Shown: positions 24,494-38,600 of the stretch, one piece after another
Layout of the letters: the number at the start of each line of letters is the position of its first letter
Numbering within the stretch: position 1 is the stretch's first letter
Position numbers and translations under genes: made by a program
Notes under the pieces: model-generated
What the model was told of the DNA's origin: nothing
The model's input: the letters and a program-made list of their open reading frames with translations, nothing else
Database searches by the model: none
Assembly: GCA_000934665.2 (NCBI GenBank)
Contig: KZ538193.1
Location: 1-64,000, forward strand
Reading direction: 5' to 3'
Origin: Catajapyx aquilonaris
Lineage: Eukaryota
DNA: 64,000 bases

Positions 24494-27400
24494 AATTGTT
24501 TCTTCACTCGAACCTTTTCTCCTTAACCCCCAACACCAGCTATACGGTTCACTAATTATCTCAGCAGGAGTTATGTTGTTTGTGGAGCATCGCAACCGGA
24601 ATTTTCTGCACTCTCAGCTAATCGGCTTGTTTGCTATACTATGCGCTCCTTCTGGCTTCTACCTGCTGGAAAAACCTTTTGTATTATTCCTAAGAGCCAG
24701 AAGATAGCCTTTCCTACATAATAGTCTTATAATCTAAGGCTTACACTTCTCGGAAAATCAGCTCTACGAAGACGGACAGGTCGCTCGTTAGAAGCGATTA
24801 ACTCTCTAATAACATGAAAAATCGGTTAAAAGTAAACAGACCGGATCAGGTCCTATCGTGCTGATTAATTTTTACCACACAAAAGCAAACCGTCCATGTT
24901 CTAATCTGAGTGTGAAGGTGAACAAGTGTTACGCCTACACGTATATGAGATGCATAAAAAACGGCGTCATTATTATCCCCGTAAGAGACTCGATCACCAA
25001 ACGTGAAGCGGGATTATCTAGGATAAATAGGTTAGGCACGTGAGAAGATAGCCGTTATCTTACTATGGTAATAATCGCTCATTATACTGATCCACAAGCC
25101 TGTGTACACAGAACTATGGGAGTGTCTTTTAGTTTTCACAGATGTGGAAATTGGTGCCAACAGCTTGAGCTGTATTATTAACAACCGGCGGTCTCTATTT
25201 GCCTCGTTTCTTTCCGATTAAGCGAATCCACAAGAGGATCGGATAAGAGTTGACCTATTGATCATTGGGGAGGGGGACAAAAAAAATGAGAGCCGTGATT
25301 CAATGCTACAATAATAATATGTGATCGATTGGTGGTGTGGATCATTTTGTCAACAGGTTTTCCCTCCCTTTGCCTTATTGGCAATAAGGTGAGTGTTGGT
25401 GCGGGCATGTTTTCTTAGCGACCGAGTCCTTTCATTGTCAACCCCCAGTGGCATGGGTGCTTTGGGTGTTGGAGAAGCAGATTTAATAGAGGCGGCGAAA
25501 TTAGTGGGCCCTATTTTCACGGGGGAAGCCGTGGGCCATTGTGCTACCAAGTGCAAGCAGCGCCAATTTCCGGCAGGGCCAAGAGTAACTGAGGACTAAT
25601 ATCATTAGGTCGCGCCATCGGATCCTCTTGCTAGGGAAAATCGAAGTGGATAAGAGGAGAGGGTGCGCACCCACCCACACACACACCCACACTGATGGAA
25701 ACACCCACGCAAGGCTGCTGGCACTCCCTATATTACTCAGATTCTTCTCCAATGGAGTCCGTTTAAGTCCAACCACAATTTGCAGAAATTCCGTAAAAAA
25801 AATCGCGATATTTTTGTACATATTTCTACTTAAGCTATTTAGTTGGTGTAAAATGGCTTGCTTGTGCGTGTCTCTTTTGCTTGTGCCGATGGTTGTCCCC
25901 CCATCGAGTGGATGGTGGGGTAGTTGGAGGACCAGAATCAAAACCGCCATCTCCAACGGGATTATTTCCCAAAGAGGATTTGATGGTTGAGTGCGGCGGG
26001 ATCCCGAACACTTCGGCAGGCTGCTCCTTCAGCTGATGCTAATGAAGCCCGAATTACATGGCTGCCTGCCCGTGAAAGACACTGGGGAAGTGCCCGGGTC
26101 CGGCACCTGGGGTGCTTGGGCTGGCAGGCAGCACCCACAGACAGAATATCTCGGCCACGGCCACTCTTGGCCCCCAAAAACCACCGCCTATAAGCAAAAG
26201 GGAACCCATCACAAAGATCCTCGGAGCCAGTTTCCCTCCAATCTTGAGCTCTGTTGTTCGTTTTCTGGGGACTCAAAACATGGGGTGGGCTGATGGGACA
26301 CCTCAAGATTACAGCTTTTGGTTTACCACCGAGGACCACATGCATCAAGTAGGGGAGGAGGGGTGATTAGCAAATCGAGTTGTCATTATATGATGGTCAA
26401 ACCGGTCCGTTGGAATCTCGCGTGGCTATTATTCCTGCTTGTTATTTAATGGAGGGCTTAGTAGTGTGACGAGTAGGACGTAATCAATCTTTTTTTATGT
26501 TGCCTACTCCCATTAGAGTTTGAGGTGTTTATTTGAGCTTGTCATGCGTGCGGTGCATTACCGGTGCTCGTTCAGATTAGGGCTCAACCTGGGGAAAGTT
26601 ACGGATGAATACAATACGAACCTACGAATTGTATAAGACTGCTGTGCGTAGCCTTATGATACGAATGTAGTATGTGATTATCCTAAGGACCGGTTGTTAC
26701 AAGCAAATTACTTCTTCAGAGTGACAAAAACGTATGTACGAGTAGTTAGCGAATGGAATGGTAGAATGTATTTTCACATCAAGAAAATATGCTCGAACAA
26801 ACCACCCGTTATACTTAAAGGGAGATTAACACGTTTTTGTTTTTTTTCAGTGAAATAGCTTCGCATTGATAATTTCACTAATTCAAAATTTATCTAACAA
26901 ACTTTTTAAAAGCTCGCTGTATAAGTAATATATCCATTTTTCAGTCAAGTTATCCATGTCAAAGTCACAAAATAATAATGTTACATTTACAATAGTGGAC
27001 TGGATAGATATGGGATAAATACGTGAGCCACTATTTTGAATCACAGATTTGTGGATCAGTCTCACCAAGGTCATATGCCTTCCTAGCGCTATTTGACGGA
27101 TGGTATTGCCTCACAAGCGAACTACTAAAATAATTCGGGAGCAAGCTGATAAGAAAAGCAGTCGCATGACAATAAGTTCGCCTTGAAAAGGCATCATTGT
27201 GTGACAGACATGTATCGAGCATGGTATAGCGTATGTGCTAATTTAACAGTGTGTTCAGATTGATGAGAATGGAGAGAGTGTGAAGAAGGTTCTGCAGGAA
27301 TCAACCTTCCAGCAGCGAATCTTCAAACGTAAGTAGACTATATGGTTACAATAAGTATATACAAGGGAAAATTGTTGTATCCCCCACTATATGATCTAGC

Positions 27401-30400
27401 TCAGTATTTTGCCTCCACTATTACCCTAATAGGATTTACTTTGCCCCTCTTTGACAAATAAGCTGTATTTTCCAAAAATTGTGTTGATATAACCGGCCCT
27501 ATTAACTGCCATTTTAGTTGCTAATAACTTAACAAGAACAACCGCAGAGAGCAGTCGGCGTTATCACTTGCAAGAAAGGAGTGCATGAGGCCCGTCATCT
27601 CCTGACTGACGGCCACATAATAAAGCCAAACAACCGCTGTGCACTTACAATAAGGATACCTGTTTGATATTTGCCGGTAGCAGTGTATCATTTTCCAATG
27701 AGAGACCGCCCCGGTATCAAATGTAGTCCTCCCCTCACATACACAGAGAGGCACAATAACACGCTGGATAGTGTTTCGCATCAAGTTCAAAAAGACAGAG
27801 CCGCTCTTTTCACGGGCAGCACGCCATTGTGCCTTTGGGACCCCGCATGTGCGTCAAAAGACTACGGGGGTTTTGGAAACTTTTGCTCTTTTTCTTTTCG
27901 ACACTGAAAATGTTTCCAAGTCTCCTGCTGTCCTTTGAAACCGAATATGTCCGACTTCACCACGTAACAAGGGGGCTCCCAGACCGGATTCAGGACAAGG
28001 AAGGAAGGTCTCCAAAAACGAGGTCACTATATACTTGTATCCTTTAGACTCCTTATCCTGCTTGTGGTCAGATGTCACCGCATTTTTCTCGCTGCATATA
28101 AGCAGGGGTCTTTAAATCGCCCCGATTCCCTTTTGAGGCAGGAAACCGCTACATACCATCTTTCTCTTCCGAAACAGTTACGATTACAAGGAAGCCACGA
28201 AGGAAACCTGATGAGAATACAACCTATTCATGGTGGGGTTTCCCACGGAGAGTTATCGTTTCTAGGTGGATACTTTTAGTCTACATGGATGCCCCAGCTG
28301 GGTGTCCCCCCATCCTTTTTGGGACAAAAGCCCCGTGGGTCCTCTTCTGCGGGACACTCTTATTTCGGGGCGACACCAATCGCGATGGGGGGAAATTAAT
28401 GAGGCGAAAGGGATTGCTCGACGTCATTCAAGAGCATCAGGGGTGTATACACGCATACAGTATATACTGCTGTATACGGTATACTAGGTGAGGGGGGGGG
28501 GGGAATGAGCTGGGCTTGTTTTCCTTGCCCCCTATCAGCCAGCCGTGAATTGCAAATAGATGTTTGTCAATACCGGAAGTATGCCGACACGGGGATGCAG
28601 TGCAGGACGGGTATAACGGAAATGTTCGCAGCATCAGGTGGTGTGGACGTACAGGACTCAATTTGTTGCTCTTTACTTGCCAGCAGGTTTGCTTTGGCAT
28701 TATTTCAACTTGGATTTATAATTGGTGCAAAATTGTTATTGCACAATATTACACACGGCTAATATAATTTTACAATGTGATTTTATTACCCAGCGCATCA
28801 AGATGTGCCAGTTAAATCCCGCCTTAATGAATTGTGAACTGACAAATTTCCTTGCAAGGCCAATATTTGCAAGAGTGAGACGGAAAAGAGATTGAGCCGT
28901 GGGAAACTTGACTTTGGACCAAAGGTGGACACAGCGTTACACTGGGAGCATAATCGCGCAGAGAGCAGTAGTATAGAGTTGTCCCCCATCATCTCCATCC
29001 CCTTTTGATCCCCGACAAAGGAAAACCCGATGGCTCAGTGGCAAAATAAACTGGGTGCAATAATGCGTTTTTGCCTGCTCTTTTCCCTCAGCAGCAGAGT
29101 TGCGCGAATCCAATGTTGTCTTGCTTGGAAGAGCGGCCGACCGGCCATAGTCCACTGACTTCTTGATGTGGTTGTAGACTGTAGGTGCAGTCGACGGGGC
29201 AATAATCACCTTTTTGTTTCGAAGGTTTCATTTCCACTTTGTAAAGGGCTTCAAAGGTCGGCTTTATTAAAAGGGACGGGGTTTACCATCCATACGGCCG
29301 TGTGTCAATTCCCTGCAAATCTCCGAGCAAACACTGCGACTTGGTGCCTCTCTCTCATATACCTATACCTCGCTCTCACTATACACACGATAATACGCTG
29401 CAATATACATTTTTTTGCCCTGCAATTACAGCAGACTCTATGGCTTTTTTTATTAGTCTCTCTTGCATGTGTACAGTGGGTTCAATGTATAAGGTCGCCC
29501 ATAAGATGATGCTTGGTCTGCGCAGTTCGCCGCTTTCCTCTAATCCTCTCTCGCGACTCTTTTCAATTCTGCCATAATTACGCTCATAAGCTCAATTTGT
29601 TTGCAGACCTGGGTTTGATTGTCCCCCATATCTTGCTTTGACTCTGTTCAAGCTGCCATTCCCTTTGTCGAAATGAAAGTTGTTTAGCACACTTAATATA
29701 GCTGCTTGCCGGCAATCTAGTCTCTGCCGCTAAAAGAGGACTGAATATTCATTTATTCCTTGAGTAAATATTTGCCATTGCCATCCAGAGCCGGGGGAGT
29801 CGGCTGCTGGCAGGGGGTGGTGGGGGTGGGTGGGGATGGGTTGGGTGCAGGGGAGGGGGGATCCGGTGTTATTAGAGTCGATCTGGGTTCCCTTGCTGGT
29901 GCAGCCGGCTCACGATACAATGGGCTCGACTAATGAAGGCAGCATCCTGGCTGCACCGACAGTACCCCCGACGTACCCACCGACCGACGAGGTGTCAACG
30001 CCGCAAACGGGATTGGCAAACATGGGTGGGGTTGAGTAGGGGACATGGACTGTCCATGGGAAAGTATCACTCTTTCTGGACCAGTGGACAGACAGGCCGA
30101 CGGACAGACAGACAGTCCTGTGCGTACTTCTCAGCCCCCAGGCCATTTCCCAGTCTCTATTATATGGAGACGAGTGGGGGGAAATGCTGCTGGATGCTGG
30201 GGGGGGGGGGGNNNNNNNNNNGGGGGGACAAGTGGAAAGGGGAAATGATGCCCTTTTCTGCCGGGTTCTCGACCGAAATGCGTGTAATTGCAGGGACGCT
30301 AATATGGAACAGATTGATGAGCAATATGAGACACAATCGGCATGCTCCACGCACTGCTTCAAGCATTCATGAGCGATAGACTGTTGCGAAAATTCGTCTG

Positions 30401-30418
30401 CCTGGTAGCCTAACAGGC

Positions 30419-30419
<1 letters not shown>

Positions 30420-30450
<31 letters not shown>

Positions 30451-30452
30451 GT

Positions 30453-30498
<46 letters not shown>
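30420..30498. repeat. Compound microsatellite (AGT)n-(AAT)n
   Basis: Seen directly. Confidence 0.95.
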
Positions 30499-30508
30499 TT
30501 GCTCTATT

Positions 30509-30751
30509 CAGGGTGTTCCAAATTCGTGGGTGGGTTTTTTATAACTGATATCGTCCGATAGAAATTATTTTTTGTTAACTTGTTCTGCCCCGATCCAGGT
30601 TCCTCATTACTCCCAGGGGGTCAAATATAGCAGTTGCTACATAATGGGTCACCGGGTTAGGGGACAACAAGCTACAAAAAAGAACTACAATATGCCTACT
30701 ATAGGATGATATCAGTTATATAAAAACGACTCTCGAATTTGGAACACCCTG
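30509..30751. mobile_element. Tc1/mariner-type MITE (243 bp)
   Basis: Perfect 18 bp TIRs CAGGGTGTTCCAAATTCG / CGAATTTGGAACACCCTG, extended imperfect arms (TATAACTGATATC), and TA on the right flank. Confidence 0.85.
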
Positions 30752-31477
30752 TATTTGAACAGTCTACAAATTAAAGTATAGTCTGTACTTTGATGTGCAA
30801 GTGGTGGATGGTGCAATGCCATTTCTTGTGTAACTGAGTGTACTATACGTGTACATCAGCGTAAGCTACATATCTACATTCAGTAATTTATAATATTATT
30901 TTAGTTGGCGCCAATAAACGAGGCTCTTCTGGCACGTAACTAAACATGGCCGTCGTACCACGTGTTTCCAGGCCTGCAGCCAGCTCGGAAGTGAGGCTGC
31001 TTGTTCATGGGCTATGGCCGCCGTCGGAGCAGGTGCGAAAAAACCTAAACAATCCGGAGGCGGTCTCTGGCAGGAGGGGCCTGCGTGATCCACAGGCCCC
31101 GCCTCATCTCTCCCTAGTAGTTGCCGATGTACACCCTCCCCCATTTCCTCGTCCCAAGCCCCCTCCTCCATTTGACTGACTCTCCGAGCCACGCCACGGC
31201 CAGCAGCGCCCTTCTTGCCCCTCGCGGCCGGTCGAAGCACTCCTTCCCTTTCCCACGCGGCACGGCGCGGCGGCGGCGGCGGCGGGGACAACCCCACCTC
31301 CATCCAAATCAAATTGCACTTTCGGTTTCCATTTTCACGCTTTACCACATTGTTTTGCCAATTATCCTCGCTCAACACACCATTAATTTACATGTGAAAT
31401 TAATTATCCCGGCTTGGAATTGTGTGGGTTCCGATAACAGGATAGGGTCGGGGTGATGGGGGACACATCACACTATG

Positions 31478-31481
<4 letters not shown>

Positions 31482-31511
<30 letters not shown>
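31482..31511. repeat. (GA)n microsatellite
   Basis: Seen directly. Similar shorter GA tracts lie at about 5736, 8815 and 35378. Confidence 0.95.
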
Positions 31512-31514
<3 letters not shown>

Positions 31515-32007
31515 CCCCCAGCCGAATACTGTTTATACCAAAGTTTGGCTACCAATCAGTGATAAAAATGTGTACTTTTTTAACGGATAGAGTGGACCAT
31601 GTTTGCACAAAAACGGGGAGAGAGTGCTGTCGATTATTTTCACATGGCGTACGTGCCATTTGGTGGTGGCCAGTTTGGCACGACGGTTAATTTACGGAGG
31701 ATTATCTATTTTTTTTGTAAGAAACTCGAGCATTGATAAATAGATTTTTTATTCGATGATGGATTCTGCACACTGAGGTTTCTGAGTGGGTTGTTCTGTC
31801 AATATTCATGGCATTACACCCAAATCCCATCATTTGCTCGGCAAGTATACTACAATAATTTCAAGTTAATGCTGTACATCGGCATTCTTTATTTTTTTTA
31901 CAGAACTATATAGTAATGCACTGCCACCTTTATCCTCTAAATTCACATTTTGCTGCATGCATAAGGTGCAAACAAAATGCAGATTTTTGGTAAATTCTCT
32001 AGTTTTG

Positions 32008-32112
32008 ACACTATATGATGAACATGCATATCTCTAAACTTTAGAGATATGCATGTTCATCATATAGTGTTTTTTTAAATGTCTATAATATTATTATAGA
32101 CATTTAAAAAAA
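32008..32112. repeat. Two abutting perfect palindromes (63 bp and 43 bp)
   Basis: 32008-32070 has 31 bp arms around a single C. 32070-32112 has 21 bp arms around a single T. Confidence 0.95.
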
Positions 32113-35100
32113 TACAGTGTCTACAATGTGATGTGGTTGCTTTACACTAGCTTACTAGAGTAACTGGTTGTTAATACACAAATAATATTACTTTATTGTT
32201 AATATCTGGAAAAACCCAAGCTGACAAAACTAGCAAAAAAAATGTTTACTTGCTATTGGACTATAAACAGCAGAGAGGCGCACCAAGTGAACTATATAAA
32301 GATGCATCAGTAATGTAGATATGGGTCAGGCAGTGACCCCCTGGCACCCCCAGCAGGGGTCACCTTCAGAGTGTCCAAGCACCTCCAACAATGAGATTAC
32401 AATAGTCCTGCTGGGAGAAAGCAGCCGTAAACCACATCTTGATTCACCGCGGTTTTTAAAAACTCTGAAAATTCGGCCAATAAGAAAGTTTGTCTGCTGT
32501 CAGTTCTATACAGAGCCATGAATAAGTGTACACAGAAGCATGAATGATGAGGGCAAACCATCGTGTTTGTGGTGACCAGCTGAGAGGCACAACTCTTTCT
32601 CTCATCTGGGGTCACAATGGCCATCACTAAAAGTGGGGGTTGGTTGGTCATTTCTGGGGCTCTTAATCCCTTTTCCACCCTGAAAATGTGCCAGGTTCCT
32701 GACCAAGAGGATGACCTCAACAGGCCTGCCGCTTCCTTATGAATGAAAAGGGGGCTGCCTGTATTATGAAAAGGGTCGAAAGGCCCCGTGTGAATGTTTG
32801 CATCCTCTTCATAGACTCTGCGGGCATGCTGTAGACCCCATTGTTGCTCGGCGCCACTGGCTGTCATTGTCGTCAAAAAATAACACGACGTGTGATATAT
32901 GTTCATCGTAAATTATTCCGTGTTATTTCACCTATTTGTTCATTTGAAATTACATCCAATATTTTGCGTGTTTGTTCTACGGCGGTTCATACGTGATTAT
33001 TTAGCTAGTTTGCAGCGTGAGTCGTGCTACATAAATTAGCTGTAAACCACTTTTGCCTGCTACTTAACAGCCCAGTCCGGCCGAGTGATAGTTGCAATCC
33101 TTCATATCCTGCGTTTTGCTTGCCCAACTCAATTCATTAACCTCGGTCGCCGAAGGATTTACTGCCATCTGCAAGTGGGCGCGCAGGCTTTTTGCCGGGT
33201 CGCAGGTAATTGCTTACCGTGTAAAACCATATACAGAGAGGAGGAGGTGGGGGTGGGGGGGACACACGCAACACACGTCATCGATTAAAACCAACCGCAT
33301 TATTGCCCATGTAATAAACGCTTTTGTGGCAGATCCTTATTTTGCCACCCCCTCAACCTCACCACCCTCCCTCCAAAAAGCATTCAACCCACATTATTGT
33401 CGCTCGACTTGGGCCTATCTGAAAGGCAATAATATCATTATCGGCCCGGTGCTTTTAGGAGACTTGAGATATAAGCCCCGGGCTAATAGTACCCTATGAG
33501 AGACCAGGTAGAGAGACCCATGTGGATATTGATTACCGGTATGGATATTGCCCAGGACTTGTGAGGAGGGGGGTAAAAGGAGCGGGGGGGTGGGGTGAAG
33601 ATTGGAGATGTTGATAATTAAGCGCACACCATAGCCCAGTGCAAGTTTTATTAGCTCATTCATCAAACGGGCTTATCTCTATTACTGCATTAGAGCGGAC
33701 CTTTACTTTGAATAACCTTTCGCAGGAAAACAAGGATGGCGTGCAATGCCGTCTGCGCCGACGCTCATAAAATAATTTTGTAAAGAGAAAAAGACGCCTG
33801 TTGTTCTATCCATATTATACGCTTTGGTGGTTGTTTTTTTTTTGGATGTTTTTTGGGGGTGGGGAGGTGGGGTCCGTGACGACCGAATTATTCATGGCGA
33901 CAGACCTGGAATCGACGCTTGACAAGCTCGTTGGCTGACATGTGCAGGGGGGTACTAAAAAAAGACGGCAAAAGGGGTTTACTAGGAAAACGGTGCTATC
34001 TTGGGCAGTCATCAGAATGGACGACATTCAAAAGGCGGACTTGTGAGCAACAATGTTTTCATATGGAAGTGGACAAGCGGAGTGTGCAAAGTGCAATGCA
34101 TGTGCATTTTGTGCAATAGTCTGAAACACAATGAAAATATGCCCCACCTGTGGATGCTCAAAATTTAGGGGATTAAATTACTGCAAGGAACGGTTTAATC
34201 AGGCTGTGCTTTCGGCGTAAATAATGCGCGACGCAAAGCAGGACATGTATGTGTATGTCATTGTTTTTTTTAATGTTGTTGTCCCCACCCTGTGCTCGTA
34301 CAGCTCGACACAAATCGATCTGGCGGCGGTTCCGTGCTTGCACTTTTATCGGATAACATTTCCTTCTATTTACTAACCTGCTTTATGAAGCTGAATGCGG
34401 TAGACAGGAGGGGAGGGGGCGAGGGGGTTGGGAGGGGGAGCAGAGGGGCACATAAAACCGATAACTGCGTGTTTCATCAAATTGTCACACACAAAAAAAT
34501 TGCTGCAATATTGTGCTCAACAATGCAATCCAAACATGTGCTCTGTAACGGGTTTTCCTGGAATTTGGCTAACTTTAATGACATAATATGTTGTAATAAT
34601 ACACATTGTGCACTTTATTGCCATTCAGCAGCAGAGATAACATGTTTCCTCAAATTTGGCAAAAATTTTACCCCGAAATATTTCATAACGCAAACCATCA
34701 TGGAATTTTCGTCCCAGCACTGGTAGTTACTGGTAGTTCTTAGAAGTAGCCCTACCACTGCCAACACTGGTACTGCTAATTTATCAGTAAATATAGCAGA
34801 GGGACAAAAATTCAAAATTATGTAAATACGGTACCGTAATATTAAATCATAACATAATATGATAATATATAAAATAACGTATGAAGAACGATGTATTATT
34901 ATTATTAGACTATTATTATTAATCCCCAATATTTCGCGCATAATAACTTTTCATATGCCAATAAAACACATCATGACAGGAGTACATATAGATCTCATTA
35001 TGCATAATTGCATTACATGATGTGACGAGCGCTAAAGACCCGTGATGCCCTCCCCTCCTCATCTCCCCCCCCCCCCCNTTTATTCCTTCAGTATATTCCC

Positions 35101-35537
35101 ACTCCCCCTTTTTCCATTAAGCTAGTTCGATTTTGGCAGGCTCAGGTTTATCTCCGCCTGATAGCCAGGGATCATTCTTTTTCCCACACTGAAAGCACCA
35201 ACCTTCCTTCTTTCCCTTTCTTTTTTCTGATCGCCGAACACTCTACCCATCTTCCCTCCCTTTAGAACCTAGATCCATCCTAGATCTCCTCTTTTCTTCT
35301 CAGACTCTTCTCTCTAATTCTGAAAAATCAACTATACCGCTCACCTTCCCATCACTTTTTTGCCTTCCTTTTTATTTGAGAGAGAGAGAGAGAGAGAAAG
35401 AAAAAGGATCGCTGAGCCTCGCGATTATTCGGCCTAATTCGGCACGAAATTGGCTTCCTATTTATTCCCATTCCCTTACACAGAAGGTGTTTTTACAAGT
35501 AAATGGCACTTTCCAGGACTTTTCTCGACTTCAACTA

Positions 35538-35631
35538 CAGGGTGACTCTAAAATATGGACACAGTAATTGTTGGTTGACAATTGGTATCCTGGCAACCAA
35601 CAACATGTTTCCAGACTTTAGGGTCACCCTG
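35538..35631. mobile_element. Short Tc1/mariner-type MITE (94 bp)
   Basis: TA|CAGGGTGACTCTAAAATATGGA … TCCAGACTTTAGGGTCACCCTG|TA, with inner arms also pairing (TGTTGGTTG / CAACCAACA). Confidence 0.8.
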
Positions 35632-38600
35632 TATAGTGTCAAGAGAAGCTGATGACACACAGGACACACACTTTAAAAATATTTTTCGCACTGTTTTGCT
35701 TCATATTATGTGCTTATTAGTAGCCCTGAGTGAGATTTGAGAGGTGTAAAGAGCGTGGTTTCGTCTGGCAGGTGATGTATTCCGCAGCAACCATGTGATG
35801 ATGGGGAGTATCTCTGTTGGGCAGTGCAAAAGGGGAGGGCGTCATAGTACAGTGTGTATATATGCTGTATATAGGTTGCTTCAGTGGAGGCTTCGACAGG
35901 CAGCCTCCCTCCCTCCCTCCCTCTCTGCTGCTCTCTGTAGCAGGGTTGGCAGCATCAGAGTTCATCTGTCGCGGGAGCGGTCCCTTTGTGTGCTCGCCCC
36001 GATGGACACAATAGGGACCCACCTCGCCTGGAATGGAGTACTGGTGATTGCATTAGCGAGTTTCATCGCATTACTGAACTTAATGGATCCTTAATATCTC
36101 TTTTAATGGTGATATTTGTCCACCAATCGCTCAGAAAATTTTATTGGAACTTGTTCGCCGCGCTCTTCGCGGCTGATTAACAACGGCAAACAGGAATTAC
36201 CATTTTATTGCCTTATCTAAGCACTTGTGCGTATGTAAACGCCCGTCGGACAAAGTGGAATTAAAACAGGGACCTTTGAAGTCATAATTCAATATTGAAG
36301 CCCGGTGAACGGTTGCTTGACAGTCAGAGGGAATAAAGTTAACCAACTCTTTTTTAGGGAGGGGGGGGAGCCTCCCCATTTTCCATCCCCTCCCCCCCCT
36401 TCCCCCCCCTCTCTCTGTCGAGTCGTCTGTGCGACATGATTTTCATTTGTTTTATTAGACTTTGCTCAGTCTAACTCCATCAGAGTTAATCACAACAGGA
36501 GAAATGAAAGTTTCAGGTCCGTGGGGCGCAGGCTCTGCAAGGTTTTACCTCTGGCAATTTAATTTTGCAAGGCGGAATGAAAGTTTGCTTCCACGGTCGT
36601 TGCGGAAATGGGTGCACGCCTAATCTCGCTCTTTCCAGCAGATATCACTGTTCTTTCATATTAAAACGGGAAGGACCCCCCCCCCCTTCCCCCCTCCCTA
36701 TATACCCTTTTTGCCAAACCCCCTCCAGGCCAGCCAAGCCAGCCAACCAACCAAACTCCACTCGGCTTTTTAATACTTTCTGCGAACATCCTGGGCGCCA
36801 TTTGCAGAAAGGGCCAGCCCTTCTAGCCATTTATACATATAGCTGCAGCATGATGATTCCCGGATGTTCAGCGGCCCCGTCTGGCTTATCCTTTTCGGGG
36901 GAACAACTTGATGAGCTCGTTAGCCCTTCAAGTCAAATGGGGAGTTTGAAGCCAGGGACCTCTCTAGAGAGAGTGTGTACACTTCTCGCCCCCCCTGCCA
37001 TCCATCCGGCTACTTATAATTGACTCTCTCTATTCACTCTATTGCAACCCTGCCACTCTCCAGATTAGTTAGGCTATTTGGTTTGGAGAGACAGAGAGAA
37101 GCGGGTACCACTTGGACTTGCGACTAGGTAGGTAGGTCGGGAGGTGTACTTTGCTAATGGAAAACTCTCCACTAGAGTTGAGCGGATGGGATTAATTGTT
37201 AGTCAAGACCCTGAGCTGATTCCTTGCCATGAATTTTTGTAGGGGGCGGGTAACAGGCTGTGTGGGACTGTACTTGAGTAAATCAACGAGGTTAAGGAGA
37301 GAACTGGATGCGGTGTAGGGTGAAGCACACCCATTCAAGGATGTGCTATACACTCTGAAGCGACAATACAATGTATTTTAATTACCAGAAAGAGCAAACT
37401 ATCATGGACAGAATGGCATTAAAATTAGACAAAAATATTTCTTGTAAATCATGCAGAAAAACCATGTTAAAAAAGCTTTAAAAGTGAATCTAACACAACT
37501 CGTAATATAATATGATTATAATGCTACACACAATAATTATTATGTTAATTAAAATTAGAGTATAAATTTTGAAAGGATGTAATTAGCTTGATAACATGGT
37601 GTTACTTAGCTTGAGAGTTATTTTCTGGCCAAGGGAGTAGTTTTCACTCTTGCTGCAGCACTATGAATAGTAGAAAACGTCCGCCAATTTTGTACTTCTC
37701 CCCGATGACTCGATGATGCGTCGATGCCTAAAGTAATTTCTCCAGTGATGACAGTATATAGAATTTTGACTCAAACTCACTGGAATTTAAATCGGAGAAA
37801 ATCATAAACCATTAAAAATGTTTTGTAAGTAGGTTAGATCTTCTCCACAAGATGTGTTGTCCTCAAAGTAAGAAAGAGGATGATTCCATGCATCTTTTAG
37901 CACCACAAAGCAATATGGCTTCTCGGTTAACTCAAAAGTGCTGTGTGAAGTGACTGAAATAATATTCATGATTCTTTCGGTTCTTTGTCATTCTTCATGA
38001 GGACATGATTAACTTCGCTTTACATGATATATGGCACAACTTTGACAACTGATACTTTCAGTTTGACAATGAAAACTATATTCAAGCTAGAGCTGTGACG
38101 CTCAATTGTCATAGAGCGACCGTTTACTGTAATATACCTTTATTCATATATTATATACTTCAGCTTGGTCCATTTTAAATATCTTTTAATTGTCATCATT
38201 TTCTCTCTCTCTAAGGTGCTGCTTGCAGGTACAGCACTTTCCGAAATTAAAATTCTCCCAAAAATCAAAAAATTACTCGTGTAGGCTGCTGGGGATTTGA
38301 AGTATCCCGGCATGCAGGCTCTGAAGGAATGCATTGAAACGTGTGTGTGCTGCACAAAAAAAAGTTACATTATTATAATGAATATTGAATTTATGAAACG
38401 TTTTTACCCTCGATATGCAAAGAAGTCTGTTTATTTTTAAACACGCTTGGTTTAAACCGACTGGCAAAAGGTTACAAGAAGGTGTAATATGTAACGTTTC
38501 ATTGCACACATCATGATTTGTGTGGCACCTGTGTTTTAGTGTAGATTGAGTGGCATTGCCCTTGGCCGACATATGAAGTAAATAAGTAGGCCTAAGGCTA

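Noticed and set aside
12784..35015. P3 paired-homeodomain dimer sites TAATnnnATTA at 12784, 25597, 33430 and 35005
   Set aside because: Roughly the few copies expected by chance in 64 kb of AT-rich DNA; not supportable without conservation data.
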